Below are positions 25,774-34,902 of a stretch of 62,409 nucleotides of DNA, piece after piece. Below the pieces are notes generated by a model. That model saw only the letters and a list, made by a program, of their open reading frames with translations, did no database searches and had not been told where the DNA came from. The stretch is from a virus. Lineage: Duplodnaviria; Caudoviricetes. The translations under genes and the position numbers were made by a program. The stretch spans positions 1-62,409 of IMG/VR virus record IMGVR_UViG_3300027607_000105; one strand, given 5' to 3'. The first letter of the stretch is position 1. Every line of letters begins with the position of its first letter.

Positions 25774-27214
25774 CGCTCTAGACGCGGCTGACGCCGAGGA
25801 AAGCCTAAAGGAGTTCATTAAACAAGGCTGGCATGTGCTGGAGCCGACCCAACGGCCGTTTGTGGATGGTTGGCACATCGGGGCGATTTGCGAGCATCTT
25901 CAGGCGGTAACAGACGGTGAGATCACCCGTCTCCTGATCAACCAGCCGCCGGGCACAATGAAATCAATGCTGGTTCAGGTGTTTTGGCCGGCATGGGAGT
26001 GGGGACCGCTAAATCTGCCGCACATGCGGTATGTGAGCGCATCGTACTCTCAGGCCCTTACTGTGCGGGATAACCGCCGGTGCCGGATCCTGATGGAGTC
26101 GGAATGGTATCAAAAGCATTGGGGCAACAGGTTTAACTTCGCCGGCGACCAGAATTCTAAGATCAAATACGAGAACGACAAAACAGGATTCAGGATCGCG
26201 ACATCGGTTGGAGGCCTGAGCACCGGGGAGCGTGGTGACCGGTTCATCATCGATGACCCGCACAACGTGAAGAAAGGCGATTCAGAGAAGGACAGGGCCG
26301 ATAAAGCGCTGTGGTTTGATGAGTCCGTTACATCACGGACGGTCGACCCCGAAACGTCATCCCGGATCATCATCATGCAAAGGGTGCATGAAAAGGATCT
26401 GACCGGGCACATATTGGCAAAGGATAATGAGTACGAGCACTTGATGCTTCCCATGGAGTTTGAGCCGGAGCGCAAGTGTTACACCGCCATATTCGAGGAT
26501 CCGAGAAAGAACAAAGGCGAGCTTCTATGGCCGCCCCGTTATCCAAAGCATGTTGTCGAGCGCGATAAGCGCGACATGGGGTCCTATGCCACGGCAGGTC
26601 AGTTCCAACAGAGGCCGGCGCCGAGAGGTGGTGGCAAGTTCAAGAGACATTGGTTCGAGATCGTCAAAGCATCACCAGCAGGGGGCCGGTATGTCAGGTC
26701 CTGGGATTTAGCGGCCACAGAAGACGACGGCACGAATGATCCTGATTACACGGCCTGTCTCTTGATGAAGGTCGCGGAGAACGGAATTTTCTACATCGAA
26801 CACGCCGATCGAATGCGCGCCTCATCCAATGTGGTGGAAGAGGCAATCAAGAACACGGCGACACAGGATCAATCCAGGCACGGTTACGACCTGACCATTC
26901 GGCTGAACCAGGATCCAGGACAAGCGGGCAAGGCACAAGCGGAATATCTGATCAGGAAATTGGCAGGCCACACCGTTACGGCCGAACGGGAATCGGGAGA
27001 CAAGGAAGTGAGAGCAAATCCGTTCGCGTCACAAGCCGAGGCCGGGAATGTAAAGCTGGTCGAAGGGGCCTGGAATCAAGAATACCTGGATGAACTAACG
27101 ACATTCCCCCGCGGCTCACATGATGACTGGGTGGATTGTTCCTCAAGTGCGTTCAACTTTTTGACATCTGATGATGCATTTGTTGGCGAAATGCCGTTGG
27201 GCGGCATGATCTAA
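25715..27214 (+). CDS. terL: Terminase large subunit
   Basis: PPGTMKS Walker A, IIDDP Walker B, WDLA and HDDWVD nuclease motifs. Confidence 0.93.
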   Translation: MTSLESSLALALQNPQLGLDALDAADAEESLKEFIKQGWHVLEPTQRPFVDGWHIGAICEHLQAVTDGEITRLLINQPPGTMKSMLVQVFWPAWEWGPLNLPHMRYVSASYSQALTVRDNRRCRILMESEWYQKHWGNRFNFAGDQNSKIKYENDKTGFRIATSVGGLSTGERGDRFIIDDPHNVKKGDSEKDRADKALWFDESVTSRTVDPETSSRIIIMQRVHEKDLTGHILAKDNEYEHLMLPMEFEPERKCYTAIFEDPRKNKGELLWPPRYPKHVVERDKRDMGSYATAGQFQQRPAPRGGGKFKRHWFEIVKASPAGGRYVRSWDLAATEDDGTNDPDYTACLLMKVAENGIFYIEHADRMRASSNVVEEAIKNTATQDQSRHGYDLTIRLNQDPGQAGKAQAEYLIRKLAGHTVTAERESGDKEVRANPFASQAEAGNVKLVEGAWNQEYLDELTTFPRGSHDDWVDCSSSAFNFLTSDDAFVGEMPLGGMI

Positions 27215-28581
27215 TGCCTGTTGATGCGCTGCATCCTCAATACAAGGCCGCGCAGTCGGACTGGAAGCTGATGCGTGACTTCATTGCCGGCGAACAGGCG
27301 GTGAAAGATGCCGGCGAAGAGTACCTTTCAAAGACCCCTGGACAGATTCTCGACAAGAAGAACGGACAGGAACGCTATGAGGCATTTAAAAACGACGCAG
27401 ATTTTCCAGAAAGAGTGGAGCCTGCGATTGATTGGTCCGTAGGGTTCATCCATCAAAAGGACGCCGTGATCGAGCTACCGTCGGCGCTTGATGGCCTCAA
27501 AGACTCGATCACACCAAGCGGCCTAGATATGCACGGTCTGCATCGCAAGACAACGCGGAACGTCCTAAGTGTCGGTAGGATCGGTTTGGCAGTGGACATG
27601 GTTCAAGACGTGCCAAACATCGTGACCTATTCCGCAGAGTCGATTCGGAACTGGAAGGTGGCTAAGGTTGATGGGAAGTTCAAGCCATCGCTTTTGGTGC
27701 TCGCAGAAGGGGCAGCGAGAGAGGTAGATGAGTTTGAAGACGAGGCGGTTGATGCGCTTTTAGTCTACCAAATCGTCAACGGAATCGTTTGGGTCCGCCG
27801 CTTTGAGAAGCCCAAGGACTCGCAGGAGTACAAGGAGCAGGAAGTCCCAGAAAAAGATCAGCCAAGAAAAAAGGGGAAGCGGTTAACCGACATTCCTTTC
27901 ATCTTTGTTGGTTCGTCAAATCTTGATCCTGCACCGGACAAAATCCCGTTTATCGGGCTGGCAAGAAAATGCCGATCGATCTACCGGCTGTCGGCGCGCT
28001 ATGTTCAGTCCCTGTCGTTTTCTGAGCCGACCCACTACGTCACAGGCATGACCGACGCATGGATCAAAGCGGGCAGGGCGCCGAAAACCGTTGGGTCAGG
28101 CACAGTCTGGCATCTGCCATCAGGGGCCGAGGCCGGGATGATTGAATATAACGGCAAAATTATCAGTGAGCAGCGTGAAGCGCTGGACACAGCCAAAGCT
28201 GAGGCTGCTGATCTCGCCGCAAAACCATTTGAGCCCCGCACCGCAAGTGTTGAAAGCGGCGAAGCGAAAAAGGAACGCACCAAGGGCTCGACATCGACAA
28301 TCTTTGAGGTCGCCATGAACACGGCGGCCGGGCTGGAGGCCGCCACAAAGATCGCTGCGGATTGGGCGGGGTCAAATCCGGACGACGTCAAGATCATCCC
28401 GAATAAAGACCTGATCATGCGGACTTTGACCGCTCAAGACATCACGGCTCTGATCGCGGGCTGGCAGGCCGAAGGATACTCCAAGCAGACCATGCACGAG
28501 AATTTCCAACGTGGCGGGTTGTCTGACAGAGACTTTGAAACCGAACAGCAATTGATTGAAGAGGAAGGCCTCGGTTTGTGA
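27214..28581 (+). CDS. Portal protein (DUF4055-like)
   Basis: Follows terL; HPQY...W..MRD, YSAESIRNW, IPFIFVG. Confidence 0.8.
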   Translation: MPVDALHPQYKAAQSDWKLMRDFIAGEQAVKDAGEEYLSKTPGQILDKKNGQERYEAFKNDADFPERVEPAIDWSVGFIHQKDAVIELPSALDGLKDSITPSGLDMHGLHRKTTRNVLSVGRIGLAVDMVQDVPNIVTYSAESIRNWKVAKVDGKFKPSLLVLAEGAAREVDEFEDEAVDALLVYQIVNGIVWVRRFEKPKDSQEYKEQEVPEKDQPRKKGKRLTDIPFIFVGSSNLDPAPDKIPFIGLARKCRSIYRLSARYVQSLSFSEPTHYVTGMTDAWIKAGRAPKTVGSGTVWHLPSGAEAGMIEYNGKIISEQREALDTAKAEAADLAAKPFEPRTASVESGEAKKERTKGSTSTIFEVAMNTAAGLEAATKIAADWAGSNPDDVKIIPNKDLIMRTLTAQDITALIAGWQAEGYSKQTMHENFQRGGLSDRDFETEQQLIEEEGLGL

Positions 28582-28660
28582 TCGCGGGGCGCCGCCCCAT
28601 GCGTGTGGATAGGTGAAGGTTGAAGCAAAGGGCCACGGGCCACGCGACACAAGGTGACAG

Positions 28661-30595
28661 ATGGCAGATCCGAGATTAGGCGGCCGGACCGTCAATGAGA
28701 TCCTTCAAGACATTTCGATCAGACATGCGATCGGTCTGGAGCGATTGAAACGGTCGGACATCGCCAAGCTTATAAAGCTTTTGGCAAAGGTCGACGCGGA
28801 TCTCCTGGACAAACTGGAAAAGCGACTGAATCGGCTCAGCAAACTTGACGCAACGAACTATGCGATCGGGAAGGTTGGCAAGTCGACAACTGATCGGCTG
28901 GAAAAGCTCCGCGAGATCATTCAAGACATTGAAAAGATCACAATTCAGGAAGGTATGAACTTCTGGAAATCCAACCTCCAGGAGTTGAGCAAGGCTGAAG
29001 CCGCGTTCCAAATCAACGCCCTGAAGTTCACGGTGCCGGTTGATGTGAAGTGGGTCACGCCATCGACCGATCAGCTTCACGCCATCGTCACGGCGAGACC
29101 ATTCCAGGGCAAGCTTCTAAGAGATTACGCAAAGCGGTGGGGCGCCAACAAGGCCCAGCGAGTCGACGAAGCTATAAAAATGGGATTGCTGGAGGGCGAG
29201 ACAATTGACCAGATCATGCGGCGCATCCGTGGAACAAAGGCTCGCAATTTCAAAGACGGCATTTTGGACATTAGTCGAAAGGGTGCCGCTACTATTACTC
29301 GCACTGCTGTCAATCATACGTCGAACCGGGCGCGCGAAAAGGTTTTCGAAGCGAACTCAGATGTCATCAAAGGCGTTCAATGGGTATCGACCCTCGATAG
29401 CCGGACGACAGAGATCTGCATGGCGCGCGACGGCAAGGTCTTCGCTATAAATTCAGGACCAAGACCCCCAGCGCATTACAATTGTTTACCTGGGGATAGT
29501 CTCGTATTGCCCATTGGTGGGATTTCGGCGGCTAGTAAAAGGCGGTTCGAGGGCGATCTCGTCACCATAAAAACAAGATCGGGAAAAATACTCAGGGCGA
29601 CACCAAACCATCCGGTGCTCAGCTCTCGTGGCTGGCTCGGCTCTCAGTTCCTCAAGGTGGGGGACCAGGTCTTGAGCCATATCAATAGTGAGCGGGTGCC
29701 GCCTGGGTTCAAAGATGAGGATCAGAACGTTGAGGCCCCGATTGAGGATGTAATTGCTGCGTTCAGCAAAACGATTGGCGTGGTGCCCATGGAAGTGCCA
29801 ACCACCACCCCAGATTTCCACGGCGACGGAACCGAGAATGAAGTCTGCATTGTATGGTCCAATAGGAGATTGGGCAGCAAAGGTGTATCCAAGGTCGCCA
29901 AACAATTTCTCGAACTGAAGTTCAAGGTTGCTTCTTCGATTAAGGCGAAGGTGGTCAGTAATCGCCTTTTCTCTAAGCGATTGAAAGTCAGGAGTTCTGC
30001 CTGTAGCAGCCTTATTCGCCGCTCGCGTGTTGGACTTCTTCTGCTCTGGCGTCATGCGGTCCATGCGGGCTTGTTGTTGCGCAGATCGATTTCGAAGCAG
30101 GATGTTGTGTTCTTTCAGGATGCGACGGATTGGGGTGTCGGAAATCCCAATGATTTTAGCGACACCCTTAATGCCTATGCCGGATTTGTACAGAGAGATG
30201 AGGTGGTCAGCGTCGACGTCAGTGATTTTAGCGGGCATGTGTATAACCTCGAAACAGAGTCAGGAACATATTTCGCGAACGGAATTATAACCCACAACTG
30301 CCGTTCAATAACAGTTCCAGTGACACACGCCGCGGCCTTCATTGATAAGGAGGCTGACCAAGCCACGCGGTCCAGTATGAATGGACGGGTGCCGGCGGAT
30401 CAAACATATGACGAATGGCTGCGCCGACAACCCAAGGAGGTCCAAGAGGATGCCTTGGGCAAGACAAAGGCGAAACTGTTCCGCGACGGCATGAAGATCG
30501 AGAAGTTTTCCGACCCGAAATCGGGCAGAACCTACACTTTGGATGAATTGAGAGCGACGGATATTCAAGCCTTTAGAGACGCTGGGCTGATGTGA
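28661..30595 (+). CDS. MuF/SPP1 gp7-like minor head protein containing an intein
   Basis: WVSTLDSRTTEICMARDG...PPAHYN|intein|CRS; TYDEWLRRQ; spliced product ~372 aa. Confidence 0.9.
   Translation: MADPRLGGRTVNEILQDISIRHAIGLERLKRSDIAKLIKLLAKVDADLLDKLEKRLNRLSKLDATNYAIGKVGKSTTDRLEKLREIIQDIEKITIQEGMNFWKSNLQELSKAEAAFQINALKFTVPVDVKWVTPSTDQLHAIVTARPFQGKLLRDYAKRWGANKAQRVDEAIKMGLLEGETIDQIMRRIRGTKARNFKDGILDISRKGAATITRTAVNHTSNRAREKVFEANSDVIKGVQWVSTLDSRTTEICMARDGKVFAINSGPRPPAHYNCLPGDSLVLPIGGISAASKRRFEGDLVTIKTRSGKILRATPNHPVLSSRGWLGSQFLKVGDQVLSHINSERVPPGFKDEDQNVEAPIEDVIAAFSKTIGVVPMEVPTTTPDFHGDGTENEVCIVWSNRRLGSKGVSKVAKQFLELKFKVASSIKAKVVSNRLFSKRLKVRSSACSSLIRRSRVGLLLLWRHAVHAGLLLRRSISKQDVVFFQDATDWGVGNPNDFSDTLNAYAGFVQRDEVVSVDVSDFSGHVYNLETESGTYFANGIITHNCRSITVPVTHAAAFIDKEADQATRSSMNGRVPADQTYDEWLRRQPKEVQEDALGKTKAKLFRDGMKIEKFSDPKSGRTYTLDELRATDIQAFRDAGLM
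29483..30298 (+). mobile_element. Intein (272 aa)
   Basis: Block A CLPGDS, block B ATPNHPVL, block F VYNLET, block G NGIITHN/C. Confidence 0.92.
29486..30238 (-). CDS. Vsr/DUF559-like endonuclease with N-terminal HTH, antisense inside the intein
   Basis: HTH LYKSGIGIKGVAKIIGISDTPIRRILK; nuclease SNLELQF...QSPIGPYNADF...VAVEIWGGGWH; GAGGT RBS; TATAAT at 30289-30284. Confidence 0.8.
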   Translation of the reverse strand: MPAKITDVDADHLISLYKSGIGIKGVAKIIGISDTPIRRILKEHNILLRNRSAQQQARMDRMTPEQKKSNTRAANKAATGRTPDFQSLREKAITDHLRLNRRSNLELQFEKLFGDLGYTFAAQSPIGPYNADFILGSVAVEIWGGGWHFHGHHANRFAERSNYILNRGLNVLILIFEPRRHPLTIDMAQDLVPHLEELRAEPATRAEHRMVWCRPEYFSRSCFYGDEIALEPPFTSRRNPTNGQYETIPR

Positions 30596-30607
30596 TAGGG
30601 TCCCCAA

Positions 30608-30943
30608 ATGGCTGGGGAAAAATTCACGGTTATCGAAGGCGGGAAAGCCCTGCCTGACAAGGCACCTGACGGCTCCAAGTGGGAGAAGTGGGAGTGTCCC
30701 TTTTGTCTCCACTACGACGGGCTGACAAGTGTTGAGGTCGCCATCACGTATCCTAGGGCCAGAACAGACGGCCGCAGAATTAGCCTTAAGGGCCAGAATA
30801 GAAATTTATTGATCTGCATCCGCTGCACCAAAAAAGGGCGAGAGCTTCTTTATGGAAAGGTCGGCGCCATCGCAGATTATGAGCGCGGTGTGGGCTGGGT
30901 CAGGTTTATTGACATCGAGAACGGCAAAACCGTTCTGAAGTAA
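30608..30943 (+). CDS. Hypothetical Zn-binding protein
   Basis: CPFC...CIRC. Confidence 0.6.
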   Translation: MAGEKFTVIEGGKALPDKAPDGSKWEKWECPFCLHYDGLTSVEVAITYPRARTDGRRISLKGQNRNLLICIRCTKKGRELLYGKVGAIADYERGVGWVRFIDIENGKTVLK

Positions 30944-31075
30944 TCGAACAATCAGAATTTTGAAGAATTGGGCCGCCCGGGCGGTTCCAATGTGCTTTGG
31001 CGCGAGGCCACTGCACGAGCCTAACCTTGGGCGCGAGGCCCAATTGCAGAGCCATACGGCTTAGGAGCAAATCTA

Positions 31076-31852
31076 ATGTTCAAATTCCCACTTATTGTCG
31101 ATGGACTCGACGTCGTTCCTGAAGAATTTCAGGGTCTCTATGCCGAGCAGGAAAACGGTAAATTTAAGCTGGTTGATGCCCTTGCTAAGCTTGTCAAGGA
31201 CGAGGGCGGCAAGAAGAAAACCATCGAGAACCTGAGAAAAAAAGAAACAGAACTTCAGGAGCTACTGGACTCCCTTGGCGATTTCACGATCGACGATCTC
31301 AAGGCGGCAGCCGAAGAGTTGCAAGAAATCAAGGACAAGATTGAAGCCGGTGAGCTGACTGAAGGTGACGATCAAAAGATCGAGGAAATCGTAGCCAAGC
31401 GTACTCAGCGCATGCAGGACCGCCATAAAAAGGATCTCGAGAAGAAGGATTCAGAAATCCAGAAACGTGACGAAGGGCTGGCAACCCGCGACAAAAAGAT
31501 CAGCTCATTGACGGTGGATCGTGATCTGAAGGATGCAGCAATCGCTGCCGGTGTTCAGTCGCACTCGATCGATGATGCGATGAGGGCGGGTCGCGAGGTT
31601 TTCTCGGTCAATGATGAGTTCGAGACCTCGGTGCGCGAAAACAGCGGCTATGAATCAGACTTCACACCTCAGCAATTCTTTGAGGAGCACAAGTCGAGCC
31701 GACCGTGGTTTATGGATCTCAGCAATCAGGGCGCCGGCAATGTCGGATCTGATGGTGGCGGACCTGGGCCCTCAGGGATGAAGGCGCTTGAAAACGCCAA
31801 GTCTCAAAAGGAATTTGAGAAACAATTTAACGATCAATTTAACGCGACGTAA
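31076..31852 (+). CDS. Capsid scaffolding protein
   Basis: Charged coiled coil directly before the capsid gene; AGGAG RBS. Confidence 0.75.
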   Translation: MFKFPLIVDGLDVVPEEFQGLYAEQENGKFKLVDALAKLVKDEGGKKKTIENLRKKETELQELLDSLGDFTIDDLKAAAEELQEIKDKIEAGELTEGDDQKIEEIVAKRTQRMQDRHKKDLEKKDSEIQKRDEGLATRDKKISSLTVDRDLKDAAIAAGVQSHSIDDAMRAGREVFSVNDEFETSVRENSGYESDFTPQQFFEEHKSSRPWFMDLSNQGAGNVGSDGGGPGPSGMKALENAKSQKEFEKQFNDQFNAT

Positions 31853-31927
31853 CCCTCGACGGGGGCCGCCGCAACACCCCGAACGCCGTCGTGATGACGT
31901 CGTTTCCCAACAGAAGGAGAGGCCGAG

Positions 31928-33055
31928 ATGCCTAATAATTTCATTACCCCGTCAGTTGTGGCGCGGACAACCCTAATGCTTTTGCGGAACAACATGGTGG
32001 CAGCTAATTTGTTCCATCGTGGCCATACTCAAGAGTTCACAGGAGCCAAAGTCGGTGACACTGTAACGGTCAGCGGCCCGGCAACCTTTGAGGCCAAGGA
32101 GTTTGCTGGCTCAACAGTCACCCAAGACATTGACGAGAATGGGGTCAGTCTGGTGTTGGAAAAGCACTTCGACGTCACTGTCGGCGTGACCTCAAAAGAA
32201 TGGACCTTAGAGCTCGATAAGTTTGCATTCAGGGTCATTCGTCCTGCAGCTCTTGCTCTTGCCGAGGCAGTTGACAAGTACATTCTTGGAAAGGCTGTGG
32301 AAGTTGCGAACCATGTCGGAACGGCCGGCTCCCCGCCAGACACCTTGGCGAAGGTAACGGAGATTGGTGAGCAACTCGATATAAACAAAGTGCCGATGGA
32401 TGGGCGATTTGGAATCGTTAATCCAACCGCAAAGGCCAAATTCCTGCAAATTCCCGAAGCCACCCAGGCGGACAAGCGTGGCGATGCCGGTACGGCACTG
32501 CGGAAAGCTTCGATGGGAGAGTTTCTTGGCCTGGACTGGTTTATGGGACAGAACGTCTATAGCCATACCGCCGGCACGGCGTCAGCGGATTCACCGTTGG
32601 CAGTGAATGGAGCGGTTGCAGAAGACGCTGTGATTATGAACGCGGATTCCGCAACAGGCACCAATACCTTGGTTGCAGGCGATGTTTTCACCGTTGCTGG
32701 CGCACCTGGGCATTACCGAGTCACAGCCAACATCGCGGCATCTACCGGCGCATTTACGGGCATTGCATTTGAGCCAGCAGCGCCTGCTGGTGGCTTTGCC
32801 GATAACGCTGCTATCACAGTGATCGGCAACCACGTCGCCAACCTGGCGGGTCATGGGGACGGGCTCACGGCAGCGATCGTTCCGCTTGAATTGCCACGGG
32901 GTGCCGCGAACGCGGAATATATCGGTGATGAAGGCTTGGGTATTCGTGTCGTTTATGACTACGACTCCGACTCGAAGAAAGACACGATTTCCTTCGACCT
33001 GCTTTGCGGGGCGAAGGCTCAACAACCAGAGCTCCTTACACGGGTTCTTGGCTAA
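31928..33055 (+). CDS. Major capsid protein (P22 coat-like)
   Basis: N.FITP.VVAR..L..L.NNMV, KVGDTV.V..P, C-terminal FDLLCG...PEL. Confidence 0.88.
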   Translation: MPNNFITPSVVARTTLMLLRNNMVAANLFHRGHTQEFTGAKVGDTVTVSGPATFEAKEFAGSTVTQDIDENGVSLVLEKHFDVTVGVTSKEWTLELDKFAFRVIRPAALALAEAVDKYILGKAVEVANHVGTAGSPPDTLAKVTEIGEQLDINKVPMDGRFGIVNPTAKAKFLQIPEATQADKRGDAGTALRKASMGEFLGLDWFMGQNVYSHTAGTASADSPLAVNGAVAEDAVIMNADSATGTNTLVAGDVFTVAGAPGHYRVTANIAASTGAFTGIAFEPAAPAGGFADNAAITVIGNHVANLAGHGDGLTAAIVPLELPRGAANAEYIGDEGLGIRVVYDYDSDSKKDTISFDLLCGAKAQQPELLTRVLG

Positions 33056-33066
33056 TCTGAAACCTT

Positions 33067-33097
33067 GGGAGGGTAGTTCGCTGCCCTCCCATTTTTA
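33067..33097 (+). terminator. Rho-independent terminator
   Basis: TGGGAGGGTAG TTCG CTGCCCTCCCA TTTTT. Confidence 0.8.
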
Positions 33098-33116
33098 TCT
33101 TTAGGAGGCAACATCA

Positions 33117-33473
33117 ATGCCGGAACAAGACTTGATCACACTTGAGAAGGACGGCCAGCTAATTCATTGCGAAGAAGGTAGTCTGGGGCACGAACAGGCG
33201 CTTGCGAAAGGCTATGAGCAAGTGGACTCGCCCGATCCCGTTGCTGAATCGCCTAATAATGCCGCGCCAAGCGACGAACAGAACGAAACAGACAACGGCG
33301 CCGGCAGTGAGGTGCTTTCTCTGGAAGAGGCTGTCATGCACTGCATGGAGCCGGGCAACGAAGATTGCCTGACCAACACGGGAAAACCAAACCTGGACAA
33401 GCTGAAAGAGCTGACAGGCGAAATCGTCACGGCCGCACAACGTGACGAAGTGTTCAAAGCACTTCAGGAGTAG
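33117..33473 (+). CDS. Head-associated hypothetical protein
   Basis: LTNTGKP.LDKL...VTAAQRDE motif; AGGAGG RBS. Confidence 0.7.
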   Translation: MPEQDLITLEKDGQLIHCEEGSLGHEQALAKGYEQVDSPDPVAESPNNAAPSDEQNETDNGAGSEVLSLEEAVMHCMEPGNEDCLTNTGKPNLDKLKELTGEIVTAAQRDEVFKALQE

Positions 33474-33476
33474 ATC

Positions 33477-33989
33477 ATGCCGTTGATTGTCGAGGACGGG
33501 TCCATTGTTGCGAATGCCGATAGCTTCCAGTTGGTATCCGACCTCGACGCCTATCACACCAAGTATGGCAACACGACTTGGACCGGTGATGATACTACGA
33601 TAAAGGAGCCAGCCTCTCATCGCTTCATGCGGTGGCTTGTCTCCCAGGAAGGACGAATGCAAGGCCGGCGCGTAAGTGTGAACCAGACCTTGCCGTTTCC
33701 TCGTTACGGAATGGTGGATCTGGACGGAAACGCGATCAGCTCAACGACAATTCCGACAGGAATCATAAACCTTCAAGCCGAAGGCTCATTGATCGAATTG
33801 GTGACACCAGGAACGCTTCAACCGTCTTTGGCCAGAGGCGACATGATCAAGCGCAAGAAGGTCGTGGCGGGTCCTATCACCACTGAGAAGGAATATTTCG
33901 AAGGTGCCCCGGGAGGAACATCATACGAGATCCTGATGGACCTGCTTGGTCCTTTTCTGGTCGCCACTGACACGCTGATCTTGAATTGA
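33477..33989 (+). CDS. Head-tail adaptor (DnaT-like family)
   Basis: LIVEDGS.VANADS...QTLPFPR. Confidence 0.75.
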   Translation: MPLIVEDGSIVANADSFQLVSDLDAYHTKYGNTTWTGDDTTIKEPASHRFMRWLVSQEGRMQGRRVSVNQTLPFPRYGMVDLDGNAISSTTIPTGIINLQAEGSLIELVTPGTLQPSLARGDMIKRKKVVAGPITTEKEYFEGAPGGTSYEILMDLLGPFLVATDTLILN

Positions 33990-34001
33990 CGGTCATCAAC
34001 A

Positions 34002-34385
34002 ATGGTTGAAAAGGTCGACTGGGCTGAGGTTCTGGAAGAGGTGGGTGAAGGCATAAAGGAAGCTGGCCAGACTCTCGATGAGTACAGGCAAATCGAATAT
34101 GTCCAGGATCCGGCCAACAAATCAAAAAAGACAAAATCGACGGTTTCAACTCATACCGAAGTAGCTGGTGCTCCTTTCGATGACGGGGAGAGGCTCGGCG
34201 CAAAGTTTTTGGTCGAAGAGGGGGAGCGCTTGCTCGTCATTTGGGCGGGAGACCTTCCGATAGTTCCGTCACATGGCGACGAGGTGGATTATGACGGCAA
34301 GACTGGCAAAAAGGTTCTGAAGCTGCTGAGCGAAGTCAATCCAGGACAAACTCCAATCGTCTATATTGTAAAGATCGTCGCATGA
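34002..34385 (+). CDS. Probable head-closure protein
   Basis: Size and synteny. Confidence 0.55.
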   Translation: MVEKVDWAEVLEEVGEGIKEAGQTLDEYRQIEYVQDPANKSKKTKSTVSTHTEVAGAPFDDGERLGAKFLVEEGERLLVIWAGDLPIVPSHGDEVDYDGKTGKKVLKLLSEVNPGQTPIVYIVKIVA

Positions 34386-34801
34386 GCTTTGCAGATGTAT
34401 CCAAGGCCCTTTGTGATCATGTCGATACGATGGATCCGACTTGGGAAACACAGAGGCCGAACCAGATCATCAAGACAGAAGTTCTGGAAGGCTTGGACCA
34501 ATACCAGCGACTCAACGTCGTCAACACGAAGACCGACAAGATCGCTTATGGCGGTACGGGACTCAATCAGTGGGATGGCTTCCTGCAGGTCTTGATCTTC
34601 GTCAAGGCCGATACCGGCGATGCAGATGCCAATGCAAGAGCAGACGCGATAAAGGCGCATTTCTATGACGGACTCGATCTCACGGAAGGCGCAACAACGG
34701 TCTGTATCCTGAACAGCCATATCGGCAAACCTTACGAAGACCCCGTGGACCCCAAGTGGTGGATCACACCGGTCACAGTCTACTACTTCTTATTCACCTG
34801 A
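34382..34801 (+). CDS. Tail terminator-like protein
   Basis: GFLQV.IFV...G...ADAIKAHF...PVTVYY. Confidence 0.7.
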   Translation: MSFADVSKALCDHVDTMDPTWETQRPNQIIKTEVLEGLDQYQRLNVVNTKTDKIAYGGTGLNQWDGFLQVLIFVKADTGDADANARADAIKAHFYDGLDLTEGATTVCILNSHIGKPYEDPVDPKWWITPVTVYYFLFT

Positions 34802-34823
34802 GCCCGCTTCGAGCGGGTTTTTT
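34801..34823 (+). terminator. Rho-independent terminator
   Basis: GCCCGC TTCGA GCGGGT TTTTT. Confidence 0.7.
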
Positions 34824-34902
34824 CATGCCCAGAAACCGGCCTTGGGCAAGCCGTTCGCCAGCGTCGAGATGACGTCGGCCTTCCCTACGAAGGAGCCCTA
34901 AA

